A stretch of 64,000 nucleotides of DNA. Source: Antedon mediterranea. Lineage: Eukaryota > Animalia > Echinodermata. The stretch spans positions 37,706,304 to 37,770,303 of the forward strand of contig NC_092671.1 in NCBI RefSeq assembly GCF_964355755.1. The letters run 5' to 3'. Shown here one piece after another: positions 1 to 12,106 of the stretch; the stretch's first letter is position 1, and each line of letters starts with the position of its first letter. Below the pieces are notes generated by a model. It ran no database searches. It was not told the origin of the DNA and saw only the letters and a program-made list of their open reading frames with translations. A program made the translations under genes and the position numbers.

Positions 1-2152
1 GTATACAGTGATATCTTTCATCAGACATAAATGTTTATTTGGCAATATTACTGTAGCAGCAAAGTATTTGGTATATTTACTGTAGATATTTTATATAAAA
101 TAGTGCATGTTATTAAGAATATTTACATTGTGTTTTGTAGTACAGTATTTAGAAATAAAAGATTTTGTCTTTCTCATTTCAAACAAACCTAGTATATAAA
201 TTATAAACAACACATTAAAACTACTTTAAGATTGATAGCACAGTAGTATCATAAAGCAATTGTATTAATTTTCTGATAGGTAACCCATAAGTGCTTGTCG
301 AATGTTTTCTCCCGATGCTTCATCGTGTTCTGCATTGGCTATGTTTTCTCCTCCATGATTTTCATTGACCTCGTTTAGTAAATCATCATCAATGGTTTCC
401 CCGAACATTTCACAAAAATTGTGAAGAACACAACAGGCTGCAATCTGTGTTGACAGGAAATTGGTGTTTGTATCATTACGCTTTAATAAACACCTCCACC
501 TTCCTTTCAGCCGTCCAAATGCACCTTCAATGGTTATTCTGGCCTTGCTTAGACGATAATTGAAATTACGCTGGTCACGTGTTAGGCGACCAGTGTCTGA
601 GAAACCCTTTAGAAGCCAAGGCAGCAGAGGGTATGCTGGGTCACCGATTAACATTACAGGCATCTGCTCACCACCAATATCTTTAGTCCACTGTTGATTG
701 AAATTGATAAGGAAATTATTTTTTATGCTTTTGATTATTAATGAAACTAATCATTAAATATATCTGTCATAATTGGTTGATTATATACTTACATTTGGAA
801 ACAAATTGCCTTCATCACCCTTTTGAAAAATAGGAGAATTTGAAAACACTCTAGCATCGTGAACTCTACCCGGCCAACCTATGTAAATGTCCGTAAATCT
901 ACAGTAAGATATAAAAAAAAAAATATTTTATTCATGAATACACTTAAAATATACACATTTTATATTGTTATCAAAACTAGGCTCAGCTGTAAATGAAATT
1001 TAAAGTGGCCTGCCTGGTTCATGTTTATGTGCACTTTATATGAAAACTATTAATGTGTTTTACTCACCGATATAGATGATCACAAACTGCTTGCATAATT
1101 ATAGTATGGAACCCCTTTCTGTTGAAATAATCTGTTGGGTATTCCTTTGGAGCTATGATTGGAATGTGTGTGCCATCGATGGCACCGCCACATTGAGGGA
1201 ACCCATGTATTTCCTCAAAACCATCAACGACTTCACGGAGAGCCTGCCCAGATGGAAACTTAATATATGTTGGCATCATCACATCATGTATTGCTTGGCA
1301 AGTTTCTTTGACCACAACACAAGCAGTAGCTGGAGAAACTCCGAACAAATGACCAATAGTGCGAAACTCGCAGTTGGTAGCCAAACGCCACAATGTTATT
1401 GCAACTTTTAACGGAACACTTAAAGACTTCCGGAAAGTGGAATCTGGTTTGTACAGTTCATTGTGCAGTTGTGCACAAAGATAAATAAAAGATTCTTTGC
1501 TCATCCTGAAATTTCTTCGCCAATCATCTTTTGTAAAACTATCTTGAACAATCGATTGCCAAAAAACTCCTACCATCCTTTTTTTAATCCAAATGGATCG
1601 ATCAACCATAAGACCATGGCTTACCCCCACTAAAACTAACTGAATCCAACGGTGTCGCCTTCTCCCAAGGGCCAATTTACGTCGCTCCTGCATAGCTCTA
1701 CGGAATTCCTGCCTACTTCTTCTCACTCGACGCCGGGCTTCATCTACAAGGCCTAGGCCTATGGGCCTAGTTTCTTCCTTGAAATTAAATTGGTGGAGAT
1801 CAAGCGCCCTACTATTCTTCATAAAACGAGACGCAAACATTAGTAGTAAAGCAATCACACAATCCATATTAAATACCGTAATATTTTTTTATATATATTT
1901 TTTACTATCGACAACGCTACAATAATATTAACTTTTGAGACGGTTGGTGGCGCACATGAGCGGATATGACGTGAATGTAGCGAAATCGTACCATATCGAG
2001 CACTCTTCCGCGAGAGCAAGTGTAAACACAATAGTAGGGGCCCGAGGCCGGCTTTTTGGATAAGTGTAAACACATTGCTGGCTAAAAAGAAAGCCGGCGT
2101 CGGGCCGACTTCGGGCCGGCTAAGAAATCGTCGATGAAGTGTAAATGGGGTC
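1..2152 (-). mobile_element. Putative autonomous Harbinger transposon; one end visible, other end outside the window
   Basis: Upstream of the transposase, a GC-rich subterminal region has repeated AAGTGTAAACACA (2018, 2062). It ends in AGTGTAAATGGGGTC followed by TAA (2153-2155), i.e. TIR GACCCCATTTACACT with a TWA target typical of PIF/Harbinger. Confidence 0.7.
265..1867 (-). CDS. PIF/Harbinger transposase (HARBI1/ALP1-like DDE nuclease), 3 exons: 1867-1068, 898-793, 690-265; 443 aa
   Basis: Introns 1067-899 (GTGAGT..TGTAG) and 792-691 (GTAAGT..AACAG) join the ORFs in frame. Motifs [42 protein letters not shown] (exon 2, not in the ORF track), [38 protein letters not shown]. No stops or frameshifts. 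Confidence 0.95.
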
Positions 2153-4268
2153 TAAGTGTCATCTTGTATATAGTGTACTAAGTCGAGTGTGACGCAGGAT
2201 ATAAAAAGTATAATTCTATCAAAAAGGATTTTATTCAATACAGAAAAGGAACAAACAATGGTCGTAGGATGATGAGCAAGTGTTATTATAAAACAATAAT
2301 ACTTTGAAATTATTCAAAAAGTGGTTAGAATTTCCATTTAGATTTAGAGATTCCAGATATACAGTACAATACATTGTTGTTACTCTGTTCAATACACCAT
2401 AAAGAAAGAGAAACTCTGTGACTAATTGTATGCACAAACCTAATAATACTGAATGTCAGTTATAGTCTGGACACAAAACTGGAAAAAATTCCTCTAAATT
2501 TTGGTGTCTAGTCTATTATGTGTTTAGTATGATACAAACTCGTCTCGTGTCTTGCGTCTTCATCCCAGATTGGATATTAGAGACTTTTAGATTTTCATGT
2601 CGACTATGACGTCATTTTTATGATATCCGCTACGCGACTACGACCCATGTGGACGTGGTCTTAAATCAATATTCCTCTAAATGTTTGTGTGTAGTCTATT
2701 ATGTATATAGTATGATACAAACTAAAATGTACACAAACACATTTTCTTTCATTGCAGTATTAGTTGTTCAACAGGATAATTCTGTTCTTCACACTGTTGT
2801 GAATGTCATTGCATTTTCTTAAAGCCATCCGACTTTGAAATTAGACTCTGCAAATATCCCTGTAGACCATGAGATTTTGCGGCAGATTCCCATGACTCGT
2901 TACCGATGGAAGTGTTTATTTGTGCAATATTATAATATATTAATTGCATCTTTAAACATAAGTCAGCATGATCATTTTTACACTCGTAAATGTCTGATTC
3001 GCTTTGCAATATTTAGGTCACTATATTACAATTGGTTTATAACCTTATTTTCAAAAAGAAATATAATAATATATATATAATTTGGAACAACTTGAAATAT
3101 TCGCAATTTTCTTGTCAACGGAATTTGGACAAATGATTAATAACTGGCTCAATAATAATTAGTAATTATTAGTATTTGTTGTTTTAGTTGCATTATACGG
3201 TTATTTGTACTGGGACATACTGAGACATTTCGACTCCTTACACAATACTATACAGATATAGATTTATTAAAAATTCAGATGAGAAATAATTTGTTTGGAA
3301 CTTTATTTAACATAGAAAACTTTGCCCATCCATACTTGGTGATACTGTAGGTCTACAATTCAATTAAGTTTATTTTCACAAGTAAAAAACCCTCATACAT
3401 TTGACAATTGTAAAGTAAAGTTATTGTGCTGGACTAAACTAATAAGCAGATTTACTTTTTTTACCCAATACACGAGCGGTATCGTGTCTAGCGATGTTAA
3501 ACTTCTTCAGTGAGCAATTATTTACAGGGTTAAATTAATATTAAGAGTTAAATGCTATGGTATGGGCCTGTTACTGTCAGCAGACACGATACTGCAGGAT
3601 ATTTTACATTCCTTACAATAATCAGCTGGATATTCATTGAAATGTATATCTTTCTCATAATTCAACATGTCTGTTAACAAACTAAAAGTGCAATGTCATA
3701 AACACTATTTGAAACTATATTTGATGCATTTGCTAATAAAAAAGAAAAGTATTTTAATCTTAACAATTTGACTGCCAGAGGACTAGGCCTAGGCTAGCCT
3801 AGTACTACATACTAGCCTAGCTAGTAAACTGATGATAATGTTCATACCATTTCTAAACAAGTTTGTTGCGTGAAACACCAAAACAATTAGGGTATACATA
3901 CAATAATAAAATTAAAGACTTCATATTGAAAATGACTCCATTATTTTTTATTGAGAGATAACAAACAAACATGCCAATCCGCAAAAACCTTTGTAATGCT
4001 TCGGCGGCATAGCTAGCGCGCGACCGATACACAATGCGCCAAACCATCGCTGTACGCGCTACTGTGATGCGCGGTGTATGTTATTTCGACAGGTACCATT
4101 TTGACAATCGTTCGTAACCAGATTAGTTACTTTCAAAAAGGAAAATATTAACGGTCCAGACCGAATATAGTGTCCATATTTATAGTATATACCAATAATT
4201 AACCTATCTACCGGATTTCGTAAAAAAACGCGAAACACGAAGATCTTCGTTGTGTTTCCAAAGTGTTA

Positions 4269-4413
4269 AGCTCTTTCTACACTATCAAACTAGTTTGACA
4301 AAAAAAGTGTGAAATGCCCAAATATGGCAGTTATATTCCCAAATTTGGTAGGTAGTCATATGACATCATCGTGTCCATATGTCACATAAAGTTTGATAGT
4401 GTCAGACAGAGCT
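4269..4413 (-). mobile_element. Tourist/Harbinger-like MITE family A copy
   Basis: TIR AGCTCT(G)TCTACACTATCAAACT at both ends, TTA/TAA flanks. Confidence 0.85.
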
Positions 4414-4846
4414 TAAATCTTATGTGCTGAACCTTCTAATCTCTATAATCCAATTTATTTAATACTACATTTAATAAATTACATCAATTTTCATGTGATT
4501 TTATTAATTCCTCTGCAAATGGTAATTCATGAATGTTTTGTATAATATGTAGTATTTGGCGTCAGTTTGTTCTACATAACATTTTGTATATCAATATGTC
4601 TGCCTTAAAATAGTTTAGGTTGTCGTTAGAAATTAGCAATTGTATAAATTTAACTTTATTAGATTTTTATTTGTATGTATGGTATTTTTAGTGACATAGA
4701 AAGTAACAGTAAAAAAGTCGAAGGAGGGATTGGGGTTGTTTGGGGAAGTTGTTGCGGGGAGGGGGTGAAGGGTAAGGAGTTTGATGATTTTGAGAGTTGA
4801 ATGAGATTGTGTCGATTATGCTTAAAATACATTAAGAATAAATTAA

Positions 4847-5228
4847 AGATGTATTGTCCCCCAAAAACCTGAAAATAAAGATTAATAAAATCATACTTTG
4901 AATAGGACATTTTGCAGTTTCAATAAAGTTATTAACTTCTGTAGAAAAACAAATCAACAAAAATAATTATTTCACTTATAAATAGACAAAAGAAACGACT
5001 AATTTTAACCAAAAATTATTGTCTGATCATGGAGGTATAAAATGTTATACCTCCATGGTCTGACAGACAATTTAGGTATATTTTGCTTTAAATTATATTT
5101 CTTTGAGGTAAATTTTTTTTATATCCAGTTTTTTGTTCAAAGTGAATAACTATTATGTACATTAAAATGACATATTCAAAAACAAAAAATGTTAAACCTA
5201 CAGTATTATGGGGGACAATATAATACAT
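4847..5228 (+). mobile_element. Kolobok-like MITE family B copy
   Basis: TTAA|AGATGTATTGTCCCCC ... GGGGACAATA; homologous to 51003, 52407, 53927 and 61905. Confidence 0.7.
5028..5057. mobile_element. 30-bp CATGG..CCATG palindrome with 7-bp TSD (P-superfamily-like remnant)
   Basis: GTCTGAT|CATGGAGGTATAA-AATG-TTATACCTCCATG|GTCTGAC; absent from other MITE-B copies. Confidence 0.7.
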
Positions 5229-5972
5229 TTTTTGGCTCACACAGATAATCACAGTTTGTGGTCACATGTTTGTTTATGATATTTTAACAAATTATTTACG
5301 TACTGTGATTCCAAAATGCTTATTATTTAAGCAAAACCAAGAACCATTGTTTAGGTATATTTGCTTTAACTTTTTTTTTTCGATCCAGTTTTTGGTAAAC
5401 GTGACATTAAAATGGCATATTCAACAACAAAATATAACACAGATAATATTCAGTTCGTGGGTCACATGATATTGTTTTTTTTTTCTGAAAATACTGTGAT
5501 TCCCAAATGTTGTATTATTTGTTGGTCATTAGCATGCATTTCCCATCTACAGTTTGCATGGCTGTCTAAAGGCTGTTGTTAAAGTTATACATCATTGAAA
5601 TGAATTAATCAGGATTAATGTAAAACTTTGATAAATAGCTTAGATTTAACATTATCAGATGAATGAATTACAATGGCTTTAGAGTATATTAACTATAAAT
5701 GATGTTAATGTCTATATATCCTTGCAACATCGCCATAGCAGTGATGAAATGATCAATTGAATTTATTATAAAGATCATTTTTTTCTAGTATTTTATAGCA
5801 ACTCTAGGTTGATAAACTTTAACAATTAAAAAAAAAATGTATTTATTATCATCCTTGAGTTTAATAACTGGAAACTAAAGGGAAACTCAGATGGCCATTG
5901 CAGCGCCTATTCAGACCACTACACTGGGAGACGACCATCAGCTCTTTTTAAGTGGTGTACAAAGTTCTTTAA

Positions 5973-6197
5973 AGCTCTGTCTACACTATCAAACTTTATG
6001 TGACAAAACAATTTGATGTGCCCATATATGGACATGATGATGTTATATCACTACAATATTTAACCATATCACTACCATATTTGGGCATATCACTACCATA
6101 TTTGGGCATATCACTACATATTTGGGCATATCACTACCATATTTGGGCATATCACTACCATATTTGGGCATATCACACTTTTTTGTCAAACTAGTTT
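5973..6197 (+). mobile_element. MITE family A copy with about 6 x 21-bp repeats, right TIR truncated
   Basis: TAA|AGCTCTGTCTACACTATCAAAC; ATATCACTACCATATTTGGGC array. Confidence 0.85.
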
Positions 6198-6597
6198 CTA
6201 TGCACAGGGCCAACAGCATTATGTCCAATCTGAAGGACGAGGCAATGAGAGTAAAATATCTTGCTGACCTAAAGATACAATCGCTCAATAGTTACTGTTT
6301 CAAATGCAGCTGCTTTTTGTTTTAAATACTACACAGAAAACATTACTTTTATATTAGATTCAATTACAAGTATCCATGCAAAATGTGATGTAGCATCACA
6401 GTTGTTGTATGAACCTGTTTGGGGATGTTCAGGAAGTTGTCATTCATTGTGGCAGGATAGATTGATATTTATGGTGTATTTGTATGGAATCAAGCTCATG
6501 GCGTGAGATGGAAACATGCCTGTGTTGACTTGTCTGTGTCCTTCGGGATGAAAATAATCTTGTTGACTCTTCCTTCCGATTGAATGTTACGCTGTTA

Positions 6598-6960
6598 AGC
6601 TCCTGTCTACTTTATAAACTTTATTTGACAACAAAATGTGATGTGCCAATAATATGGACAAGATGATGTCATATCACTACCATATTTAAGCATATCACTA
6701 CCATATTTGGGCACATCACACTTTGTGTCTTCTTGTGTGCTAATCAAACCTTTCCTATTATCCTACATACATTTATCAAAAACCACATTTTTTTTTGTTT
6801 TTTAGTATACACTAGCAAACTATTTTGACAAAAGAAAGTGTGATGTGCCCAAATATGGTAGTGATATGCCCATATATGGTAGTGATATGACATCATCATG
6901 TTCATATATGGGCACATCACATTTTTTTGTCACATAAAGTTTGATAGTGTAGACAGAACT
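6598..6960. mobile_element. Two adjacent, oppositely oriented partial MITE family A copies (about 6598-6723 and 6805-6960)
   Basis: Family A TIR and core sequences on opposite strands. Confidence 0.8.
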
Positions 6961-7355
6961 TAACTCTTATCTAGCTAAACAATGATAATTATTTTTGCGC
7001 ATAGATGTAATTATGATGAATGCATTGTATGCTTAATACATATTTAATATGCACAATAATTTTCACATTTAAGTTTAATTATTTAGTTTAAAATCTATCA
7101 AGTGCAACCAGATTTAGGTCAAACATTTCTACTCATCAGTATATGCTACATTTATTGGATAATATTCCTGTATTTGTACATTTATTACCTGTTTTTTTTT
7201 ATAAATTGTTGCATATTATATAGCTTTAGGATCAATTGACCACATCTTAAATATTTATATTTAATATTAATAAAAGAATAAAGTACTGAGGATGAATGCC
7301 AAATTGCTACACAGTTTATTATATTTTTAAAAAATAAAAAACACAAAAAAGGGTA

Positions 7356-7493
7356 AGCTCTATCTTCACTATAAAACTTTATGTGACAAAAAAATGTGAT
7401 GTGCCTATATATGGACATAATGATGTCTTCACTACCATATGTGGGCACATCACACTTTTTTTGTCAAACTAGTTTGATAGTGTAGACAGAGCT
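7356..7493 (+). mobile_element. MITE family A copy (single 21-bp unit)
   Basis: Both TIRs present, TTA at right flank. Confidence 0.85.
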
Positions 7494-8644
7494 TTAAAGT
7501 ATGTTGTACTGTACAAGCTGAGTCTGAACATAAGCTTAGCCACAGGAGTAGAGCGATGCACTTTTATGATATCAATAATTATAAACAATATCAAAAGATT
7601 CAGTCAATATGAACAATAAAACCTGATATTGGCGGTGCAACTTTTAAGAATTTTTCGAGATCCAAATTGGTTACACTTAACTGGTTTTCCACGTATAAAT
7701 GTGTCGTTAATGATTTAAATTTTGCGGAACGAGGTCGGAACATGAACTAAATAATGTAAATATAACTTATCATGCATCCCCAGTTGCAGATTTATACAGC
7801 TGAAACTATAAACATTTAAATTAGCCCAGATGTAAAAATTTTGTGCAGATGTTGATGATATGAAAAGTATTATAGATTGGTACTGAAATGACATAGTGAG
7901 TTTATGATCAGACATTCCATTATAAATCTGATATAAAGACATTTTATTTTAAGAGATGCAATAAAAACATTTGTTGATTTTGTGTAACCTAATAAATTTT
8001 AATAGTAAAGTTATTTTTTATCGTTAAAAGATCTATTTGAGTCGCATTTAGTCCAGAAAAAAAATACCAACAAAATACAATATAATATAATAGACCAAAC
8101 AAAAATAACTGAAACTAAATTTGGTAATTAATTAATAATGTGCACAAATATAATGAAAGATAGTTTTATATTTGTATGTTTTTGAGTTGTTTTTGATTTT
8201 TTTTTGTAAAAGAAAACGATGAAATATTTTTTTCACTTTATGATGAATTTATACAGCAAATTTATGCCTGTATCCCCAAGGTAAGGTGATATTCAGTTAA
8301 CTTAATATACATTTTATAGACATACAATTTTCTATCATGTCGTACGAAAATGGTTTGAAGTTTAAAAAAAATGTTGGATGCATTATAGAGTGATTGATGA
8401 AAACAGTAAATGATATTGATTATTTAAAAGATGATTGATTATTGATGGTGATAGATTTGTGGTTGAATCCTGTAACTGTTTCAATAGTAAAGCATGCAAA
8501 ATGCAGCATATATTTTTTTATTCAAAAGAACTTTTAACCCATGAAAATTCAATGAATTTTGCATAAAAATTAACATTATATGTTTAGAAATAAGGCTTCC
8601 AGTATAAATATATTTATAAATTACTTATAATTCAAAGAGCTGCA

Positions 8645-9346
8645 TATTTATTTATTCTTTCTTTATTCTGCAAGCACTTTCAGTACTAGTGCACCGATTT
8701 CCAAAGTGGTACAGTAATTGAAAATATAACAAACATAATAAAATAAAGACACAGAGTAATTGAAATATACATTAAAAATAGCAATCAATTTTAGAAAACA
8801 AAAAATTCAGTTAAAAATGTTAAGTACTAATTGTATTTTGGAATGAAGTTATCGAAAAATCTTTAAAGTTAATTTTTAATTCATTGGGAATTTCATTCCA
8901 GCTTTTAGATGAACGATAAGTAAAGGTTTTTTTGCCTTGACAAATGTTCCAGGTGGGGACAACTAAATTGTTATGGCTTTGGCTTCGTGTGCCTTTAGAA
9001 TGGGTAGTGTTATTAAAAGTCAATTTTGAGGTCAAATATGGAGGAGCACACCCCTTTAAACACTTGAAAGTCATTAATAATAATTTTTCATTCCAGAGTA
9101 CATTTAGTCTGTTCCAGCCAAGGTTATTTAAAATGAAATCAATTGAGGTCTTAATATCAACAGAAAGCAAAATTCTACCAAATCTATTCATGAGTACTTT
9201 AAAACAATTAGTATTTTGAACACTAAAATTAGACCATACACAACAACAATAATAAAAAAGGGGAAAAACAAGAGCGTTAGCTAACATTTTAAGCGTATAT
9301 GAAGGAAGAAAACATTTTACACGCCGGATGACACCAATACGTTTTG
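8645..9346 (-). mobile_element. 5'-truncated CR1/L2-group LINE (end of ORF2 plus 3' UTR)
   Basis: Translation KRIGVIRRVKCFLPSYTLKMLANALVFPLFYYCCCVWSN...LKGCAPPYL...TRSQ...TFTYRSSKSWNEIP is typical of the post-RT C-terminus; AATAAA-repeat tail near 8650. Confidence 0.8.
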
Positions 9347-9723
9347 GTAAAAGAAAAAAATCAAAATCAAATAAGTTAAAACTGCATCATTATAAATTTA
9401 TTAAAATGACATAGCCCATCATCAGGTGATAATATAACTTTACAATACATTAGAAAATTCAATAAATTTTCCATAGAAAAAAATAAATATAGAATTTATT
9501 TTAAAATTATAATAAAAAATACCCACCTCAGGGTGGTTTCCGATTGTAATAAAGTTTTGAATTAAATGTATTATAATTATATTTACTTATTAAGGGACCA
9601 TATTAAAAAGATTCTACAACCATAGTAGCTAAATTTGGTTTTCTCTTTATTAAATCTGTTTCGCATCATAACAAGCTTTTTGGAAGGTTTAATCACACAC
9701 TGTTCATTGCAGCAGCAGTCTTA

Positions 9724-9825
9724 AGCTCTGTCTACGCTGTTCCCAAATATGGTAGTGATATGCCCAAATATGGTAGTGATATGCCCAAATATGGTAGTGA
9801 TATGACATCATCATGCCCATATATA
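9724..9825 (-). mobile_element. Partial MITE family A copy
   Basis: TTA|AGCTCTGTCTAC plus 3 x 21-bp units. Confidence 0.75.
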
Positions 9826-10174
9826 TATAACAGCAGTAGAATAATGTTGATGATCCCTAAATACGGCACTACATTGAACCCAGAAAATTTCCATCATTAT
9901 ACGATTTACTTCAATTATTAATATTAAGCAGCTAGGGCATATTTGAAGTTTGTTGTACTCTGTGTACACCCCTAGGCTTATCTTCTGTATTCCTAAATCC
10001 AATAGCAAAATATCCTTGATTTCTTTTATCTGGTAATCACTTTACTATAATAAGTGTATTGGTATGATGATTACATTTTGAATAGATTCAATATGATAAT
10101 ACCATTGGAATTTGTTTAGATTGTATTAGTAGTCTTCTAGAGTACAATTGTAAAGCCATATTTTATCGTTATGA

Positions 10175-10400
10175 TAGCAATGTACAAAATCCGATTCACA
10201 GTGATGTATATCCACATACTATCTATTTCCGAAGTATCATAGGAACATTTGGTAATACAGTAACACATGTGGTGCCTTTATCATGTAAGGTTAGATTACT
10301 CTAGATACATGTGAAACACATGTGATGTTGTATTAACAAATATTCCTATGATACTTTGGAAATAGAGAAAGTACCGAGAATCGGCTATGCACAAGGCTTG
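10175..10400. mobile_element. Fold-back (long inverted repeat) MITE-like element
   Basis: TCTATTTCCGAAGTATCATAGGAACATTTGGTAATACA (about 10222) is inverted at TGTATTAACAAATATTCCTATGATACTTTGGAAATAGA (about 10330-10366). Confidence 0.65.
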
Positions 10401-10876
10401 GGTAAAGCCAGTGTGGTAATACTATTCTTGTAAAATTAATTAATCATGCTGGTGTTATTTCTAGTACACAGATATAGGTTGTATTGGACATAGTATTCTA
10501 TTATGTGTTTAGCTTACCTGGATGAAAGACCTTTTGCCCTTAAATGAGAGAACATAACCCGAAAAGTAAACATTTTCCTGAACTCCCCTCCAAAGACAGT
10601 GGTATCGCCCGTGAGCCTTTTTTAACAGTTTAAATCTTACGATACCACTACAGAAATGAAGGTTTTTATTATAATAAAATAAAAGTAGTATCACTTATTA
10701 ATTAATTAAACATTTATTAATTTCTATCAATGGTAAACAATACAATAACAAAAATGGTAATATATAATGATGAACTTTTATTAGAGGATCTTGCAAGAAG
10801 AGATTTCATGTCACGCAAGAAGACCCATAAATGAAGAGAAAAAAATGCATGTATATATATGTATGTATATATGTAT

Positions 10877-10907
10877 ATGATGAAGGGCTAGTGTTGCCCG
10901 AAAGCTC
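10877..10907 (+). ncRNA. Minimal hammerhead ribozyme core (5'-truncated), Penelope-like element type
   Basis: (A)TGATGA-A-GGGC[TAGTGTT]GCCC-GAAA-GCTC: CUGANGA box lacking its first C, 4-bp stem II, GAAA box, palindromic AGCT stem III, UC cleavage site. Confidence 0.55.
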
Positions 10908-10966
10908 TGCTAACTTTTCTGGCTGTTTACTTTATCGTTTTGATTTAGCTTTTCGCTTTTTTTTTT

Positions 10967-11380
10967 TGTATCTCCATTGAGATCCAGCCACTGATACCCA
11001 CAACATTGTCATTTTTTCAGTGCTTATTTTATTTTGTATCTCCATTGAGCCCCAGCCACTGATACCCACAGCATTGTCATTTTTTCAGTGCTTATTTTAT
11101 TTTGTATCTCCATTGAGATCCAGCCACTGATACCCACAACATTGTCATTTTTTCAGTGCTTATTTTATTTTGTATCTCCATTGAGCCCCAGCCACTGATA
11201 CCCACAGCATTGTCATTTTTTCAGTGCTTATTTTATTTTGTATCTCCATTGAGATCCAGCCACTGAGATCCAGCCACTGATACCCACATCATTGTTATTT
11301 TTTCAGTGCTTATTTTTTTTTTGGTATCTCCATTGAGATCCAGCCACTGATACCCACAGCATTGTCATTTTTTTTCAGTA
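10967..11380 (+). repeat. 68-bp tandem repeat x6 with alternating A/B variants
   Basis: Units TGTATCTCCATTGAG(AT/CC)CCAGCCACTGATACCCACA.. start at 10967, 11035, 11103, 11171, 11239 and about 11323. Confidence 0.95.
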
Positions 11381-11931
11381 ATTTGCCTTTGGATTTATAT
11401 ATGTATATAGAAGAAATAAGGTCATGACAAGAACAGTTTAAAGGTCTAGTTTGAGTACTATGATAATAAATGATTTAGAAGTTTTTTTTAGAAAAGTTGA
11501 GATTGAGGAAGGGTTAACAATACTTGATATCTTTACCTTTCTCGGCTCTGTTTTCTACTTTTGTTCTGCTCTATAAACTACGCATTATACAAATTCTATT
11601 CATTTTCATATTTCATATCTTCAGAGACCAGTGTGCTGTAGTTGATAGAACAATTGTCAAATAAAGCAATCAACGTATTCTAATGCCTGTTACATATCTC
11701 ATAAAAGGGCTTTTAGTCTGGAGCATGTATTCACTTTGATAGATGATAAAATTATGATGTTTAATTGTCATGTTTGATGTGCTCTCTAAAATCACAATTT
11801 ATAGATGTATTCACCATCCCTTTGTAATTGTTCTAGATATTTATATCCCATTTTTTTTATTATTATTATTATATTAATGCTAACAATCACCAGTTGTTAC
11901 ATATTTGTGTTATCATATATATTAATTCTTG

Positions 11932-12099
11932 AGCTTTGTCTACACTATCAAACTTTATTTGACAAAAAAATGTGATGTGCCCATATATGGACATGATGAT
12001 GTCATATCACTACCATATTTGGGCATATCAGTACCATATTTGGGCATATTACTACCGTAGTTAGACACATCAAACTAGTTTGATAGTGTAGGCAGAGCT
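11932..12099 (+). mobile_element. MITE family A copy
   Basis: Both TIRs, 3 x 21-bp units, TTA right flank. Confidence 0.85.
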
Positions 12100-12106
12100 T
12101 TAGTTA

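Noticed and set aside
1076-1411. 111-aa plus-strand ORF
   Set aside because: Antisense shadow of the transposase exon
3980-4110. CpG-rich patch with MRQTIAVRATVMRG|GTATGT as a promoter or first exon
   Set aside because: Similar CpG- and CTAGGCCTAG-rich composition occurs inside DNA transposons here (44543-45328); cannot distinguish
8219-8280. Strong donor AAG|GTAAGG as another first exon
   Set aside because: The ATG-initiated frame ends in phase 2, and the phase-0 frame has a TGA at 8194 beside homopolymers; unresolved, so not counted (worth rechecking for an assembly indel)
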